From: the human T2T-CHM13v2.0 reference genome, Homo sapiens
DNA length: 64,000 bases
Reading direction: 5' to 3' (one strand)
NCBI RefSeq assembly: GCF_009914755.1
Contig: NC_060927.1
Within the stretch, counting starts at the first letter, position 1; each line of letters starts with the position of its first letter. Both the position numbers and the translations under genes were made by a program. Shown here in pieces: positions 1 to 12,129 of this stretch. A model generated the notes under the pieces. The model was not told the origin of the DNA. It saw nothing but the letters and a program-made list of their open reading frames with translations, and did no database searches.

Positions 1-914
1 ACCTCACAAGAAGCCAAGGACTACCTACCACCTTCCACACTGGCCCTGGAGCCTGCATTGTAGTTATTTGTGGACACTTTTTCTTCTCTTTAGTGCCAGG
101 TGGGGGACCAAGGCCTACATGTCTTTACAACCCCTCAATCTCTAGAACAAGTCTGACACTGAGTAGATGTAGCAAATGTTTGCCTGAAAGACTACCTCAA
201 TAAATAACCTTCTGAGGCACCAGCAAACTTCTCAGCATTTTTCCTGATACTCCGGTTACCACTAACATTCTACACAAAGTTGTGAAATAAGTCTTTTTCT
301 TTGTTGCTCTCCAACATCTACTGTGGACCCCTCCTCTCACTTCCTGTTTCATCCTCTCTGCACTCCCCTGTCCCACCCCATTACTGGCTGCTGCCATTCC
401 ACCTCCCTCATCCTGCCCTTTGCCTGAATGAGAGCCCACATGCTCCTTCAGACCTCAGATACAAAGATACCCCTTCTTAGTTCCTTCCTTTTCTGCCCAA
501 GTAGTCATATTTCCCCAGAGCTCTTCTAGATATGGCTTAGATGGTCCACAGTAGTGTGCACCTGAAGCCTAAATCCACGCTGGGAAGCTGGTGCCTGTCC
601 AGGTTAAAGTGGAGAAGTACTCTCTGTACCTGGCACACAGTGGGTATTCGAGCAGTGTTTGCAGAATGAACAGCAGCTCAGGGCAGAAACCCTCTTGATG
701 CAAAGGGATACTTTGGGGCCCCTTCTTCTCCCACCCCAGTCTGTCTCTCTGAGAGTCCTCTCGATTCCAGGAGCCACCATCACACCTGGCCCTAGGCTGT
801 GCTGCTCCCGTCTGTCTCAGAGGCTAGATAACATCAGAGTCCTTTCCACTGGCTCCTGTGGCAGAGCAAAAACTGGTTGGCATTTTTAAACGTGCTACAC
901 CAGTGTGAAAGAAA

Positions 915-1065
915 CACAGGCTGCATGGGTTTAAATCTCAGCTGTACCATTTACTAGCTGGGCAGCCTAGGGCAAGTACTGTGACCTCTCTGAGACTCCA
1001 TTCCTTCATCTGTAACATGGGGACAAATAATCTCACCCTGTTGTGAGCAGTAATAGTATGATTAA
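915..1065 (+). mobile_element. MIR SINE fragment
   Basis: MIR core-like gggcaagt...ctctctgagactccattccttcatctgtaacatggggaca. Confidence 0.75.
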
Positions 1066-2654
1066 TCATTTAGCCAACTCTTATTCATGTTCTCTGATGG
1101 GCCAGACATACAAAGTAAGTGAAAGTGGATTACGGCAGGTGCTCTTCTTGGTTTCTGGAGTGAACCTCCATTTACATGGAGGCTCCTCTTTTTAGATTTC
1201 TGACTAGTTCACCCACCTTATTCATAGACCTTATTCTGTGCTTAGCTGACAGAAATCTCCTCTCAGAGAATCCCCCCGGTAAATTCTTAGGTTCTTTCCT
1301 CTTCCATTCCCCTTTTTGCTCTCTCCCTCCGAAGGCAAGAGTTTCCACTTTACAGGCCCACTGGAGAAAGTTATGGCTTCTGGTTGTGGTTGGAGGTTCA
1401 TTCCTGAGGGAGTGGGGACATTTCTACACTTCTTCACGGCCAATGACATTGGAGAAACTGGCTTCCTAACCCAGCCCACACCCTCGCACACACACATCAC
1501 ACATCATGGCTAGAATGGAGAGAAATTCTTCATATGGGGCACTTGTACTTCATGAAAGAAAATCATATCAATCTTGAGTATTTTAACATCCTATTACAGC
1601 AGGGTCACTGATAAACTAAGTGTCCAGAGTGTTTTCTAGGATGGTGTGTGGTCTCCAAATTAACATTAGTGAAGCTTACTGGAAGGATTGTTACTCCTGG
1701 GCCAGGCCAGGATTTTGAGGAGAGATGTGTTTGCTGTCACCAAATCCTTGACAGACTTTGGCAGAAGTGTGTTAGGCTTACTCTGGATAGCTTCAGAGGA
1801 CAAAACTAGTATTGACGGAAGGAAGGTAAGGAGAAGCAGCTTCTAACCCAGGGGAAGAGAGAGTTTCCAAACTGAGAAATCAAAAATGGTACTGATTCCT
1901 TGTCAGGGTCAGTGCTTCTCCCCACTGTGTGAATTACAGGGGCCATTTGTCCAAGATTCCTTAGAGCAATACTGATTTCATGTAATTATTTGAATGAAAG
2001 GTGATTTGTTAAATTTATAGTAAAATATAATTTGATTTGTGTCCCTGTTTGTCATGCCACCCCAGAAGAAAAATTGTCTTTGGTTAGGTCGAACATAATG
2101 GTTTTTTGGTTTGCAAACCATGAGCGATTCCCATATTAGGTGGGAGTTCAGATTCAAAGGGCCCTCTTTTTTTTTTTTTTTTTTTTGTAGTAGCCAGCCT
2201 AATGAGTAGGAAGTTGTTCTCACTGTCATTTTATATTGAATTTCTTTTATTTTGAGTATGACCATCTTTTCAAATGTATGAGATAGTTATTTCCAGTTCC
2301 ACATACTATCTGTACATTTCTTTTGCCCGCTTTTAGTTTGGGTCTTTGGCCTTTTTCTTATTGATTTATAGAAGCTCTTTTATACATAGAAAATTAATAC
2401 TTTGTGACTAGTTGCAAATATTTTCAGTTGCTGAAATACACAGTAGGTGTTCCATGTAAGAGCTGAACAGCTGGTTCCTGATTGCTGTCTCCCTCCCTTC
2501 CAGCCAATAGATTTCAGAGTTTGGGCATTACCTATTGAGCCAAAGCTGACACCACACAAGCGCAGAGTATGGGAACAGAGTTCTCTGTCTGATTCCTGTG
2601 AGCTTCCTCATACTAAATCACCAACAGCAACCTACTTATCACAGAATATGAGAA

Positions 2655-3330
2655 TTGAACAAGTGTTGGCAAGGATGTGGAGAAATTGGAGCTCTTGTTC
2701 CAGTTGTCGATGGGAATGTAAAGTGATGTCGCTGCTATGGAAAATAGTGTAGCAGTTCCTCAGAAAATTAAAAATAGAATGACCACATGATCTAGCAATT
2801 CCCCTTCTGGGTATATACCCAAAAGAACTGAAAGCAGAGTCTTAAAGAGATATTCATACAGCCTTGTTCATACCAGCATTATGCACAATAGCCAAAAGGT
2901 GGAAGCAACTCAAATGTCCATCAAAAATGAATGGATAAACAAAATGTAGTATGTACATACAGTGGAATATCATTTAGTCTTAGAAAGAAAGGAAATTCAA
3001 ACACATGCTACAATGTGGATGGCCCTTGAATACATTATACTAAGTGAAATAAGCCAGTCACAAAAAGACAAATACTGTATGAGTTTACTTATACCCTAAG
3101 CAGTCAAATTCATGGAAACAGAAGGTGGAATGGTGGTTGGCAAGAGCTGAGAGGAGGAGAGAAAGAAGAGTTATTGTTTAATAGGTATAGAGGCTTAGTT
3201 TTGCAAGATGAAAGAGTTCTGAAGATGGATGTAGTGATGACTGTACAACAATGTGAATGTATTTCATACCACTGTACACTCAAAAGGTGAAGATGGCAAA
3301 TTTTATGTGTATTATGCCACAACTAATAAA
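2655..3330 (+). mobile_element. Old L1 3' end (L1MB-like)
   Basis: aagtgttggcaaggatgtggagaaattgg ... ctaagtgaaataagccagtcacaaaaagacaaatactgtatg, typical L1M ORF2 end and 3' UTR. Confidence 0.85.
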
Positions 3331-3623
3331 GATTTCTAAAACTTATGAGATCTAATTTCACCGTTTCCTATTGCTAAAGATCACAAATTAGAAAACACGT
3401 TGGCAAAAGGTACATGAAAATAAGCACTCTTGTGTTGATCAGAGCATAAACGTATAATCTCATAAACTAATAAAGATTTCTAAATAACAAAGATTTCTAA
3501 AACTTATGAGATGTAATTTCACCATTTCCTATTGCTAAAGATCACAAATTAGAAAACATGTTGGCAAAAGGTACATGAAAATAAGCACTCTTGTGTTGAT
3601 CAGAGCATAAACGTATAATCTCA
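3328..3623. repeat. 135-bp tandem duplication (3328-3462 and 3489-3623) with a 26-bp junction insert
   Basis: Direct comparison of the two copies shows 3 mismatches. Confidence 0.95.
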
Positions 3624-4823
3624 GGGGAGAACAATTTGCAACTATTCTTCAACCCTTTGGTCAAACGATTCTGCTTCTAGGAATATAGCTTACTCCCACC
3701 TGTGTGATATGGCATATAATCAAGGTTTTCCATTGCAACAAAAGATTGGAAACAACGTTAAGTATCCATCACTAGTGGTCTGGAAATATATATATATTAT
3801 TGTCATCCAATAGAATACAATAGACTAATATGCAACTTTTAGCATGAGGATACTCGTTACATGCTGATACAGAATAATCTCCAAGGTAGTCATATGTGTG
3901 CAAAACCGTACATAGTATGCTACCATTTGTGCTTAAAAATAAAAAGAAAACAGAATATGGGTCAATGTTTTTGTTTAGTTTTGTCTAAAGTAACTTTAAG
4001 TAGAGGCAAGAAACTGGTAACATGTAACAGTGATCACCCCTGTTACCTCTGTGGAAGAAAACTAGACAGCTAAGGGACAAGGCTGGGAGGCAGACTTGCT
4101 TTCCACTATTTATCACCTTTATCTTTCAAATTTAGTACCATCTACATTTAGTACCATGATCTATTCAAAAATATTTATTAAAAAAAGAAAAGGTATAGTC
4201 TAGAAGGAAAAAAAACATAACAGACACTTCTAGCCCAATGTCCTGCACTGGGTGCTATGAGAGCAGAGGAAAGAAACACATATGGCTTCTAGACAACACC
4301 GTCTGGGGCATACATTTCTGCTATTCGATCAAGAATAGTTGTGCATCTTTTCCTGGAAAGAATTGATTTGTTTTTATCAACAGACCTATGAATTTAGTGG
4401 ACAGACCTGTGAATTAATTCACTGGTTAGGTTTTCCTTTTTACATTGGCTGTTAAAAAGCTATAAGCCAAATTTATGTCCCCCTCAGTGCAAATTGGGCA
4501 GATTTCTAGGGCAAGCATTTAGCACTGGCCTTGTCCTTGGCTCTGTATCATATTCCTGTATTTGGTTTGCTTTTCCACCTGTTTCTCATGTTGGTCATCT
4601 TTCCTGTGTATGGCCATACCATCCTGAATGTGCCTGATCGCATCTAATGTTGGTCACCTCTCCTTATTCTTTGCTTCCTTATAAGCCACTAAGCAGCCTT
4701 TTTGGTGCTAGTTAGGGTAAGTGCGTGGGTAGTGAAGGAGGGAGGAGGGAGAGGAAGAAAGAAGATAGAGGTTATAAAGCAAAGCATATCCTTTTTCTTG
4801 GCTTCATCATGTAGATTAAGTGA

Positions 4824-4990
4824 ATTGCTCTCAAAGCGTGGTCCTTAGGCCGGCAGCATTGTCATCACCTTATGTTGTTAAACATAAAAATTCATGGGTT
4901 TCATCCCAACTTACTAAGCCAGACTTTCTGTGGTTGAGGCCCAGGAAACTCTCCAGGTGATTTTTACTCACATTCAAGTTTGAGAACCAC
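4824..4990. mobile_element. MER5A-like hAT-Charlie DNA transposon
   Basis: ctctcaaagcgtggtcc ... aagtttgagaaccac terminal inverted ends. Confidence 0.75.
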
Positions 4991-5199
4991 AGGAAAACAA
5001 AAGGAAGGCAGATTTCTAAGCGTAAATGCAATACTAACCGATTGCCCCCATCATGCCTGTTATGTTGGTCAAGATAAATAATACTAGCTACTGCAATAAT
5101 CAATCCCTCAAATTTTATTTTTTGCCAATATCACAATCCATTGTAGATCAGTTGTGGGAGAGGTGTAAAGAGAGCTGCTTTATTAGTTTATTAAGCAAA

Positions 5200-5470
5200 C
5201 CAGATCTCTTCCATTGTGAGACTTTGCGATTTTCTAGGCCCTTGGACATTTCCTCTGGATCCCCTGCTGCTAAGAAGGCAGGAGAGGGAGGAAAGAGAAG
5301 AGACTTTAGCAGCCAGATCTGGAAGAAACATCTTTTCTGCCCACAATTCCATTGGCTAGAAGCCAGTCTCATGGCCTGTATAACTGCAGGGGAGGCTGGG
5401 AAATGTGACCTATCGATGGAGCTAAGAGCAAAAGGAAATGGCTTTGATGAAGCCCTGGCATTGTCTCTGC
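5200..5470. mobile_element. MLT1-type MaLR LTR fragment
   Basis: ttctgcccacaattccattggctagaagc...gcaggggaggctgggaaatgtg motif typical of old MLT1. Confidence 0.55.
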
Positions 5471-5583
5471 ACACCCGAGAACCCAAGTGAATCCCAAACT
5501 CCACGTCCAGGTCATGTTTTGGTGAACATCGGTTTTCAGTTTCCTTTTCTAATCAAGTTTTACCTTTTTTTTCTCGACTCTAG

Positions 5584-5633
5584 CACTATGGGACTGAGTA
5601 ACATTCTCTTTGTGATGGCCTTCCTGCTCTCTG
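5584..5633 (+). CDS. CD86: CD86 coding exon (signal peptide); contains the second ATG (5588) used by the shorter 323-aa isoform
   Basis: Pyrimidine tract and AG at 5582-5583, donor GTAAGA at 5634. Reads (C)TMGLSNILFVMAFLLS(G), the CD86 leader. The upstream MDPQ exon is outside the window. Confidence 0.98.
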
Positions 5634-7031
5634 GTAAGAACCTTTCAGCTTTGTTAAGTCCTGGAATCCTACTGTCTCCTGATGAGTCTGACCACAGCAA
5701 GCCCAGGCCTGAGACTTGGTGGGTTTTACTCACTTTCTACTGAGCATTGTACAAGACCACATGCAAAAAAGACTTTCCTGGAGAAGAAGGAAGTGTTATG
5801 ATTGAGAGCAGCTGATGGCAGGCAGCTGGGATGGAGCTCTCCCCCCCGTGTGCTTCTTCCTCCTCTGCAGTCTCACATCAGTGAGCCTAGATGCTCAGAG
5901 TAGGGTAGCCTGGCCCATCCCATGGGGATGGGGGAAGGCTGCTGCACTGAGGCCCCTGAGACTTGACTCTTTTGTTCCACACATATTCTCTTCTGGTCTT
6001 CTCTGACCCTGTTTCTGTCTTTCTCAGGCTCCTAGGAAACAACTGACAGAATTCCAAAAGTCTCCCTTCATTCGGAGCACTGGCTTTCACGTCCCTGACT
6101 TCCCTACCCTCTCTCACTCCCTTCCCTACAGCCCATGCACATACCTCATGGTTGCCACGGCTTCCTGACAACTATGGATGTTCAGCTAATTGTGTCAGCT
6201 GATTTATAGTGGAGCCAATGAAGCTGAAGCTTCAGAGCCCTCCATTTGCACAACCCTTTCTAAATCCCCCTCAAGACCCTGTGAAGGGCCCCCTAGCAGT
6301 GTGGTCACCTGTCTTATGCTTTGGTAAAATTTGAATAAGTAAGATATTGTAACCACAATAAGTTATGACCACTGTCTCCTTCCTCTGCAACTTTTCCCTC
6401 CATGCCATTCTCCTGTCTGGTGGTGTTAGCAGTCAGGGGCATTTTGTATTTGAATTCTACATTCTTTTTCTTAACTATCCACCACCTCCCCTCAAAATTT
6501 TAACAGCATCCAGCCTCACAAAACTCAGATCTTCCCTGTTTACAGTTCCACTTTGAGTTTCAGTTTCTTCATCTATAAACAGGAGTTGGCTGCGGTCCCT
6601 GCCATGTATCCTGTGACTCAGTGTCTCGTAGTTACTCCTGGCCCACCCCTTCCTGCTGCTCCTTGTCTCCACCTGCAGGCCTGAGAGGGAAGCCACCCCA
6701 CTAAGACAGGGAGGTGAACTGAGCCTGAAGTTTGGCTACAGCACCCACAGGCCACCAGCCATGAGTTCACCTCCTCCAGATGGCCACACACCAGGCCCTT
6801 GGCCACTGTCCCCATGTCTGCTGTGGATGATGAGGAGTCAGGGAACTACAAAGAGATGGTCCCTCAGATCCATGCTGGCTGGGATAAGCCTTTTCAGATT
6901 TCTGTTTTTCTGCTTAGCACCTTGAGCTTGTGGAGTCCTTGAGTGCGAGGTCTGTAGATGTGCCAGCTGATCACTGACTTAGGTAACAACAGCAGCTTCC
7001 AACCCCCAGGGCCCATGACCTGCTACCTTAG

Positions 7032-7300
<269 letters not shown>

Positions 7301-7338
7301 GACTTATTTTATTTATTTGATAAATGCATATATACACA

Positions 7339-7672
7339 CAGTCATGAATCGTTTAACAACAGGGGTACGTTCTGAGAAACACATTATTAGGCGATTTTGT
7401 CATTGTATAATCATCATAGGGTGTCCTTACACAAAACTAGATAGCATAGCCTGCTCCATACTTAGGCTACCTGGCACAGCCTATTGCTCCTAGGCTACAA
7501 GCCTGCACAGCATGTTACTGTGCTGAATACTGTAGGTGTTGTAACACAATGGTATGTATTTTTGTATCTGAACATATCTAAGCATAGAAAAGATACAGTA
7601 AAAATATGGTGTTATAATCTTATGGGACCACCATTGTATATGACTGAAATGTGGCTGTGCAATACATGACAG
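7339..7672. mobile_element. Tigger3a/MER7A-like TcMar MITE
   Basis: cagtcatg...catgacag inverted ends; internal ggtacgttctgagaaa and ctcctaggctacaa motifs. Confidence 0.8.
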
Positions 7673-7699
7673 TATATGCATATATATATATATCCCTTA

Positions 7700-7900
7700 C
7701 TTTGTGCCTGGTACTGTTCTAAGTACCTCATAAATATTAACTCATTTGAGCCTCACAATAACTTTCTGCTTTAGGTCTTGTTGTTATTTCCCATTTTAAG
7801 ATGTGGACACTAAAGCCCAGAGAGGTGAAGTAATTTACCCAAGATCGACAGAGCTACTAAGTGGCAGAGCTTGGATTCACACCCAGCAATGTAGATTTAG
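7700..7900 (-). mobile_element. MIR SINE
   Basis: cccattttaagatgtggacactaaagcccagagaggtgaagtaatttacccaag. Confidence 0.75.
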
Positions 7901-9155
7901 CATTCGTTCACTTGACTCTTCTCCTAACTCTTGTGGTAAACCATGAATAAGTGGTAAGACTTCTTCCATGGGGCCTGAACAGCTTTGGTGGATAATATAG
8001 CTTCTGCCTCATCCGTGTTCATCCAGTGCCTCCTCCCCATCACCTGCAGCTGACACCTCAGTTGACCCAAGAGCTTGGGCCCAAGCCCTTCTCATCAAAG
8101 TGACCAGCCCAGCTCTCAAGATCTGGGAGAGAAGGAAGAAAAATGCCCTGGAAACACATTTCCAGAAAACACTAAACTGGAACACCATTTCCCACCAAAT
8201 TTTCTGACTCCGCACACTGAAAGTGAGAAAGTAAAGCCGAGACACTCTATGAAAACTGAGTTCAGGTGTCACTTTTGCCCTTGATTTGCCATTGACACTT
8301 CTTAGAAGTTTCTTAGCTCCTGAGAAAAGAGTTACCAATATTGAAAGCAACAACCTCAAATGGTAACCGTTTAAGTTTTATGGTGGTGAGAGAATAAGTG
8401 ACTATATTTTTGGCAGTACAATTTTAAAGTGGAATAGAAAGCCCATGACATCAGATCAGAAAATAACATTGCCAGTAATTCACACACGATGAAAAGCAAC
8501 AAAAAATCAGATTCTATTTGAATTCTTTCTTCTCAGGGCACACCTCTGCTTACTGGGCTGGTGAACAGTGACCTAGCCACAGGGCCGGCTTCCAAAGGGA
8601 GAAAGGAGATGCAATTGGCCCACATAATCCACCCTCAAAATGTAGAGCTGAATAATTCATTTCATGGCATAGAAATAGCAATACAGTGAAGCAATTCTGT
8701 TTAACTTTTCCCTCCCTTATATTTTGTGTCCTCTGTCATGGAAATTTGACACAGTAGTATTTGCTGCCCCTGCTCTTGAGGATAAAATTGGATGGGAGTT
8801 TAAGACTGAAACGGGCACCTGTGGCCTTGCAGAATTAGGTTACAGTTTGTGCCTTGTATTTACAAAGCGAAAGGAATTCCTAGTGCCACCTGCAGAGGCA
8901 CTTCTAACTTTCAAGCTCTGTTTGCCACTGTCCTGGCACCTCCATCACACTTTTAGGCTGGAGCCAGAGAGGTTTTTGAAAAATCAGTAGCTCCCACATC
9001 AGGAGGAAGTATCTTTCCAGTTTGAGTTTTGGTAGCTGCTCTCTTTTTGTCTGAGGGTTCTCTGGGTCCTAGGGCTTTCTCATTTCTCTTGAACAACACC
9101 TCTAGTTAATTTCATGTACCTGGAGTGGTAGTTGGAATATTTCTTCACTTTAAGA

Positions 9156-9466
9156 TTTTTTTTTTTTTTTTGAGATGGAGTCTCACTCTGTTGCCCAGGC
9201 TAAAGTGCAATGGCATGATCTTGGCTCACGGCAACCCCCGCCTCCCAGGTTCAAGTGATTCTCTTGCCTCAGCCTCCCAAGTAGCTGGGATTACACCTAC
9301 CACCACAAAATACAAAAATACACAAATAATTTTTGTATTTTTGGTAGAGACGGGGTTTCACCATGTTGGCCATGCTAGTCTCGAACTCCTGACCTCAGGT
9401 GATCTGCCCGCCTCGACCTCCCAAAGTGCTGGGATTACAGACAGGCATGAGCCACTGCGCCCGGCC
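9156..9466 (-). mobile_element. AluS with target-site duplication cac(t/c)ttaagattt
   Basis: Full antisense dimer; TSD copies at 9146-9158 and 9467-9479. Confidence 0.95.
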
Positions 9467-10074
9467 CACCTTAAGATTTATGTAAGATTGGCTCAAAAGC
9501 TCATTCCTGTGGAAAGGTCCACTGTTTTCCTCCCAAGATTTTTGCAGATATCTGCGTGGGTGGTTACTTTTGACTCCCATTTCCTGCTGTTGTTGATAGC
9601 CCTCATTAAAACCATCACCTGGAGGTGAATAGACAGTCGAGACCTATCATTCCCAAAGAATTGTCATGGAGCCTAATAGTTCTATTGGATTCACCCCTTT
9701 ATGTTAAGCCACCATTTCAGTGTTTTTCAAAATAGATATATGTTATCTAGTAGGGAGTATCTTACCCCCAAATTAGTTGATTGTTTCAGGAGGGCTTTTA
9801 GTGGGTTCCAGAGAAAATGAGCAATCAGACAAGTTGATTTAGTGGAAGACAGTCACTGAATAGGATGTGTATAGGGTTGTTTGGGAGCAAGAGTGAAATT
9901 GGTATGGAACAGAGAGGCTCCCAAGGCAAGCAGACATTTTTTTTGGAAGAAGCAAGTGTTTGAGAGACTGTGGCTTATTTTTCCTTTGTGAGAGGGGAGT
10001 TTTAATACCATTTCCAAAATATGTAACCTGGTATTTTGTCCCCAGAAGTACTGTTGAGATTTATGGAAGCAAAA

Positions 10075-10342
10075 AACTCTGTCACCCAGGCTAGAGGAGT
10101 GCAGTGGTGCTATCAAAGCTTACTGCAGCCTCTAATTCCCAGGCTCAAGAGATGTTTCTGCCTCAGCCACCTGAATAGCTGGCACTATAAGTACATGCCA
10201 CCATGCCTGGCTAGTTTTTTTTGTTGTTGTTTTGTTTTGCTTTAGAGACGGGGTCTCGCTTTGTGCCCAGGCTGGTCTTGAACTCCTTTTAAGTGATTAT
10301 CTCTTCTCAGCTTCTTAAAGTCCTGGGATTATAGGCATGGCC
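10075..10342 (-). mobile_element. Degenerate AluJ
   Basis: ctctgtcacccaggct...tagagacggggtctcgctttg...gggattataggcatg. Confidence 0.85.
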
Positions 10343-10544
10343 TATCTATTTTTATGTTTTATAATTTCTTGTACTTTTTGATGTTACTTCAAATATCTTT
10401 TTAAGTATCCTAAATATACTTATTTAAATTTTTTTTGAGTAAATTTATCTATAAATTATTGATTTTATGTCGATAGACATTGTTCTCTATCATTAATAAT
10501 GTTAAAAATAAATAAAAAAACAAAAACAAGTAAATCAATTAATG

Positions 10545-11340
10545 CTTACCACAGGCCAGTATTTGATCCAACACTAACTCAAATATTCATTTCTTCAATC
10601 CTCACAACAAACCTATGAGGTAGGTACCATTATTGTTCCTGCTTTTTGCAAGAGGAAACTGAGACACAGGGAAGTTAAGTAATTTGCCTATGGTAACACA
10701 GGCAGTGAGTAGTTGAGCTGAGATTGAACTCACGCTGTCCAGAATCCATACTATTAGTTATAATAGTGTACTGCCCTATAGCTTTCTGTTTCACAGCTAC
10801 ATGGCATTACTTTGTATGGATGTATCATTATTTGTTAAACCATTTAACTTATTTCCAGTGTATTGTTCTTATAAACAATGAATACCTGTGTACCTCTAAT
10901 TTTGTGCACATGTATCTTTTTGTAGAATGAATTCTTAAGAAATTGAGTTGCTAAGTCAATGCTTAAGCCCATAATTAATTTTCTTACATATTACCAACTG
11001 TCCTCCAAAAAGGTTGTACCAATTTAGAATTTTACCAGCAGTAAATTCAGCAGTTAGGACCCATTTTCCTAACACTCTCGCGGACACTGGGTATTACCAG
11101 TATTTTTTTTAATACGTGCCAATCAAATGGGCAAAAAGAATGGTTTCTCACTGAGGTTTAAATTGCATTTCCCTAGTTATTCTTGAGATTTTTCCTTTCC
11201 TTTCTTCAACAATTACTTATTGAGTGCTTCATATTTGTAAGGGACAATTGCAGGTACTGGAAATGTCACAGTGAGGAAAAGTGACAAAGCCCCTGCTGTC
11301 ATGGAGCTTATTCTAATGGGAGATGTCAGGTGCTCAGCTG
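10545..11340. mobile_element. Cluster of MIR, L1M and L2 fragments
   Basis: gaggaaactgagacacagggaagttaagtaatttgcc (MIR); ccaaaaaggttgtaccaattta (L1M); catggagcttattctaatggg (L2). Confidence 0.65.
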
Positions 11341-11658
11341 AGCTGGGAGAGAGAGAGCTGAGTTGTCAGGTGTCAGAGGAGCCAATTATAGCAGCAAAAC
11401 AAAAATAAAATAGTTCAGCTTTTAATCTCTTACTACGACGGTATAATCAAGAGGCTAAAATGGGAGGAAGGGCAGACTCTGCCTGTTCCATTTCCCCACA
11501 TAGAGTGAGTATACCAGTCGAGGGTCAGGTAATCAGTGCAGACTTAGGGGGTCGCCTTACCATTGAAGAAGCCCCAAATGAAAGGCTCTAGCAGTTTTAT
11601 GGACCTGGGGGTGGAGGAATCCAAGGGTGGGGAGAATTCATGAGGAAAATGAGGTGAG

Positions 11659-11827
11659 AGGGCTAGGAGTGGAAAAGTACAAAGTACTGAGTTAGCGTGG
11701 GGAATAGTGTCTTTAGGGCTAGGAGTGGAAAAAATACTAGGTACTGAGTCAGAGTGGAAAACAGTGTCTTCAAGGCAGGGAGTGGAAAAGTGCTAGGTAC
11801 TGAGTCCGAGTGGAGAAAAGTGTCTTC
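11659..11827. repeat. Diverged minisatellite, 3 x 56-57 bp
   Basis: Units start at 11659, 11715 and 11772; consensus agggctaggagtggaaaagtactaggtactgagtcagagtggaaaanagtgtcttc. Confidence 0.9.
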
Positions 11828-12129
11828 TCTATGATGAGGAGGCTTCAGCAGAGGTGCCTGAAGACCTCACCCCAGAGCCTCAGATAAAGAGACCTAAGAA
11901 TGAGGGTGCCTGGGCTAAGATTGCAAGTATGTGAAAAAGCATGACTGGCGGGAGGCTGAGATCTTGATTGCAGCCCCCTTCAGAGACTGCCATGCACTGA
12001 CTGTGCACCAAGTCTGCTGTAGAAAGGGCAACTTCCTCAGCAAGGCTTGTCAGATTAAGCCTCTTTAATTGCCTGTGGTCAGGTCTGAAAAATCACACAT
12101 AGATTTTTAATCAGAACCCAGACATCTCA

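Noticed and set aside
5053-5504. Overlapping 145-aa and 118-aa ORFs on opposite strands
   Set aside because: They overlap an MLT1-like remnant, show no recognisable domain and are of chance length.
5438-5743. 101-aa ORF spanning the signal exon
   Set aside because: Only TMGLSNILFVMAFLLSG is exonic. The flanks are intron read-through across clear splice sites.
9125-9628. 167-aa ORF and similar ORFs at 26306, 42214, 43040 and 57059
   Set aside because: Typical Alu translations (LECSG..., PASASQVAG), not genes.
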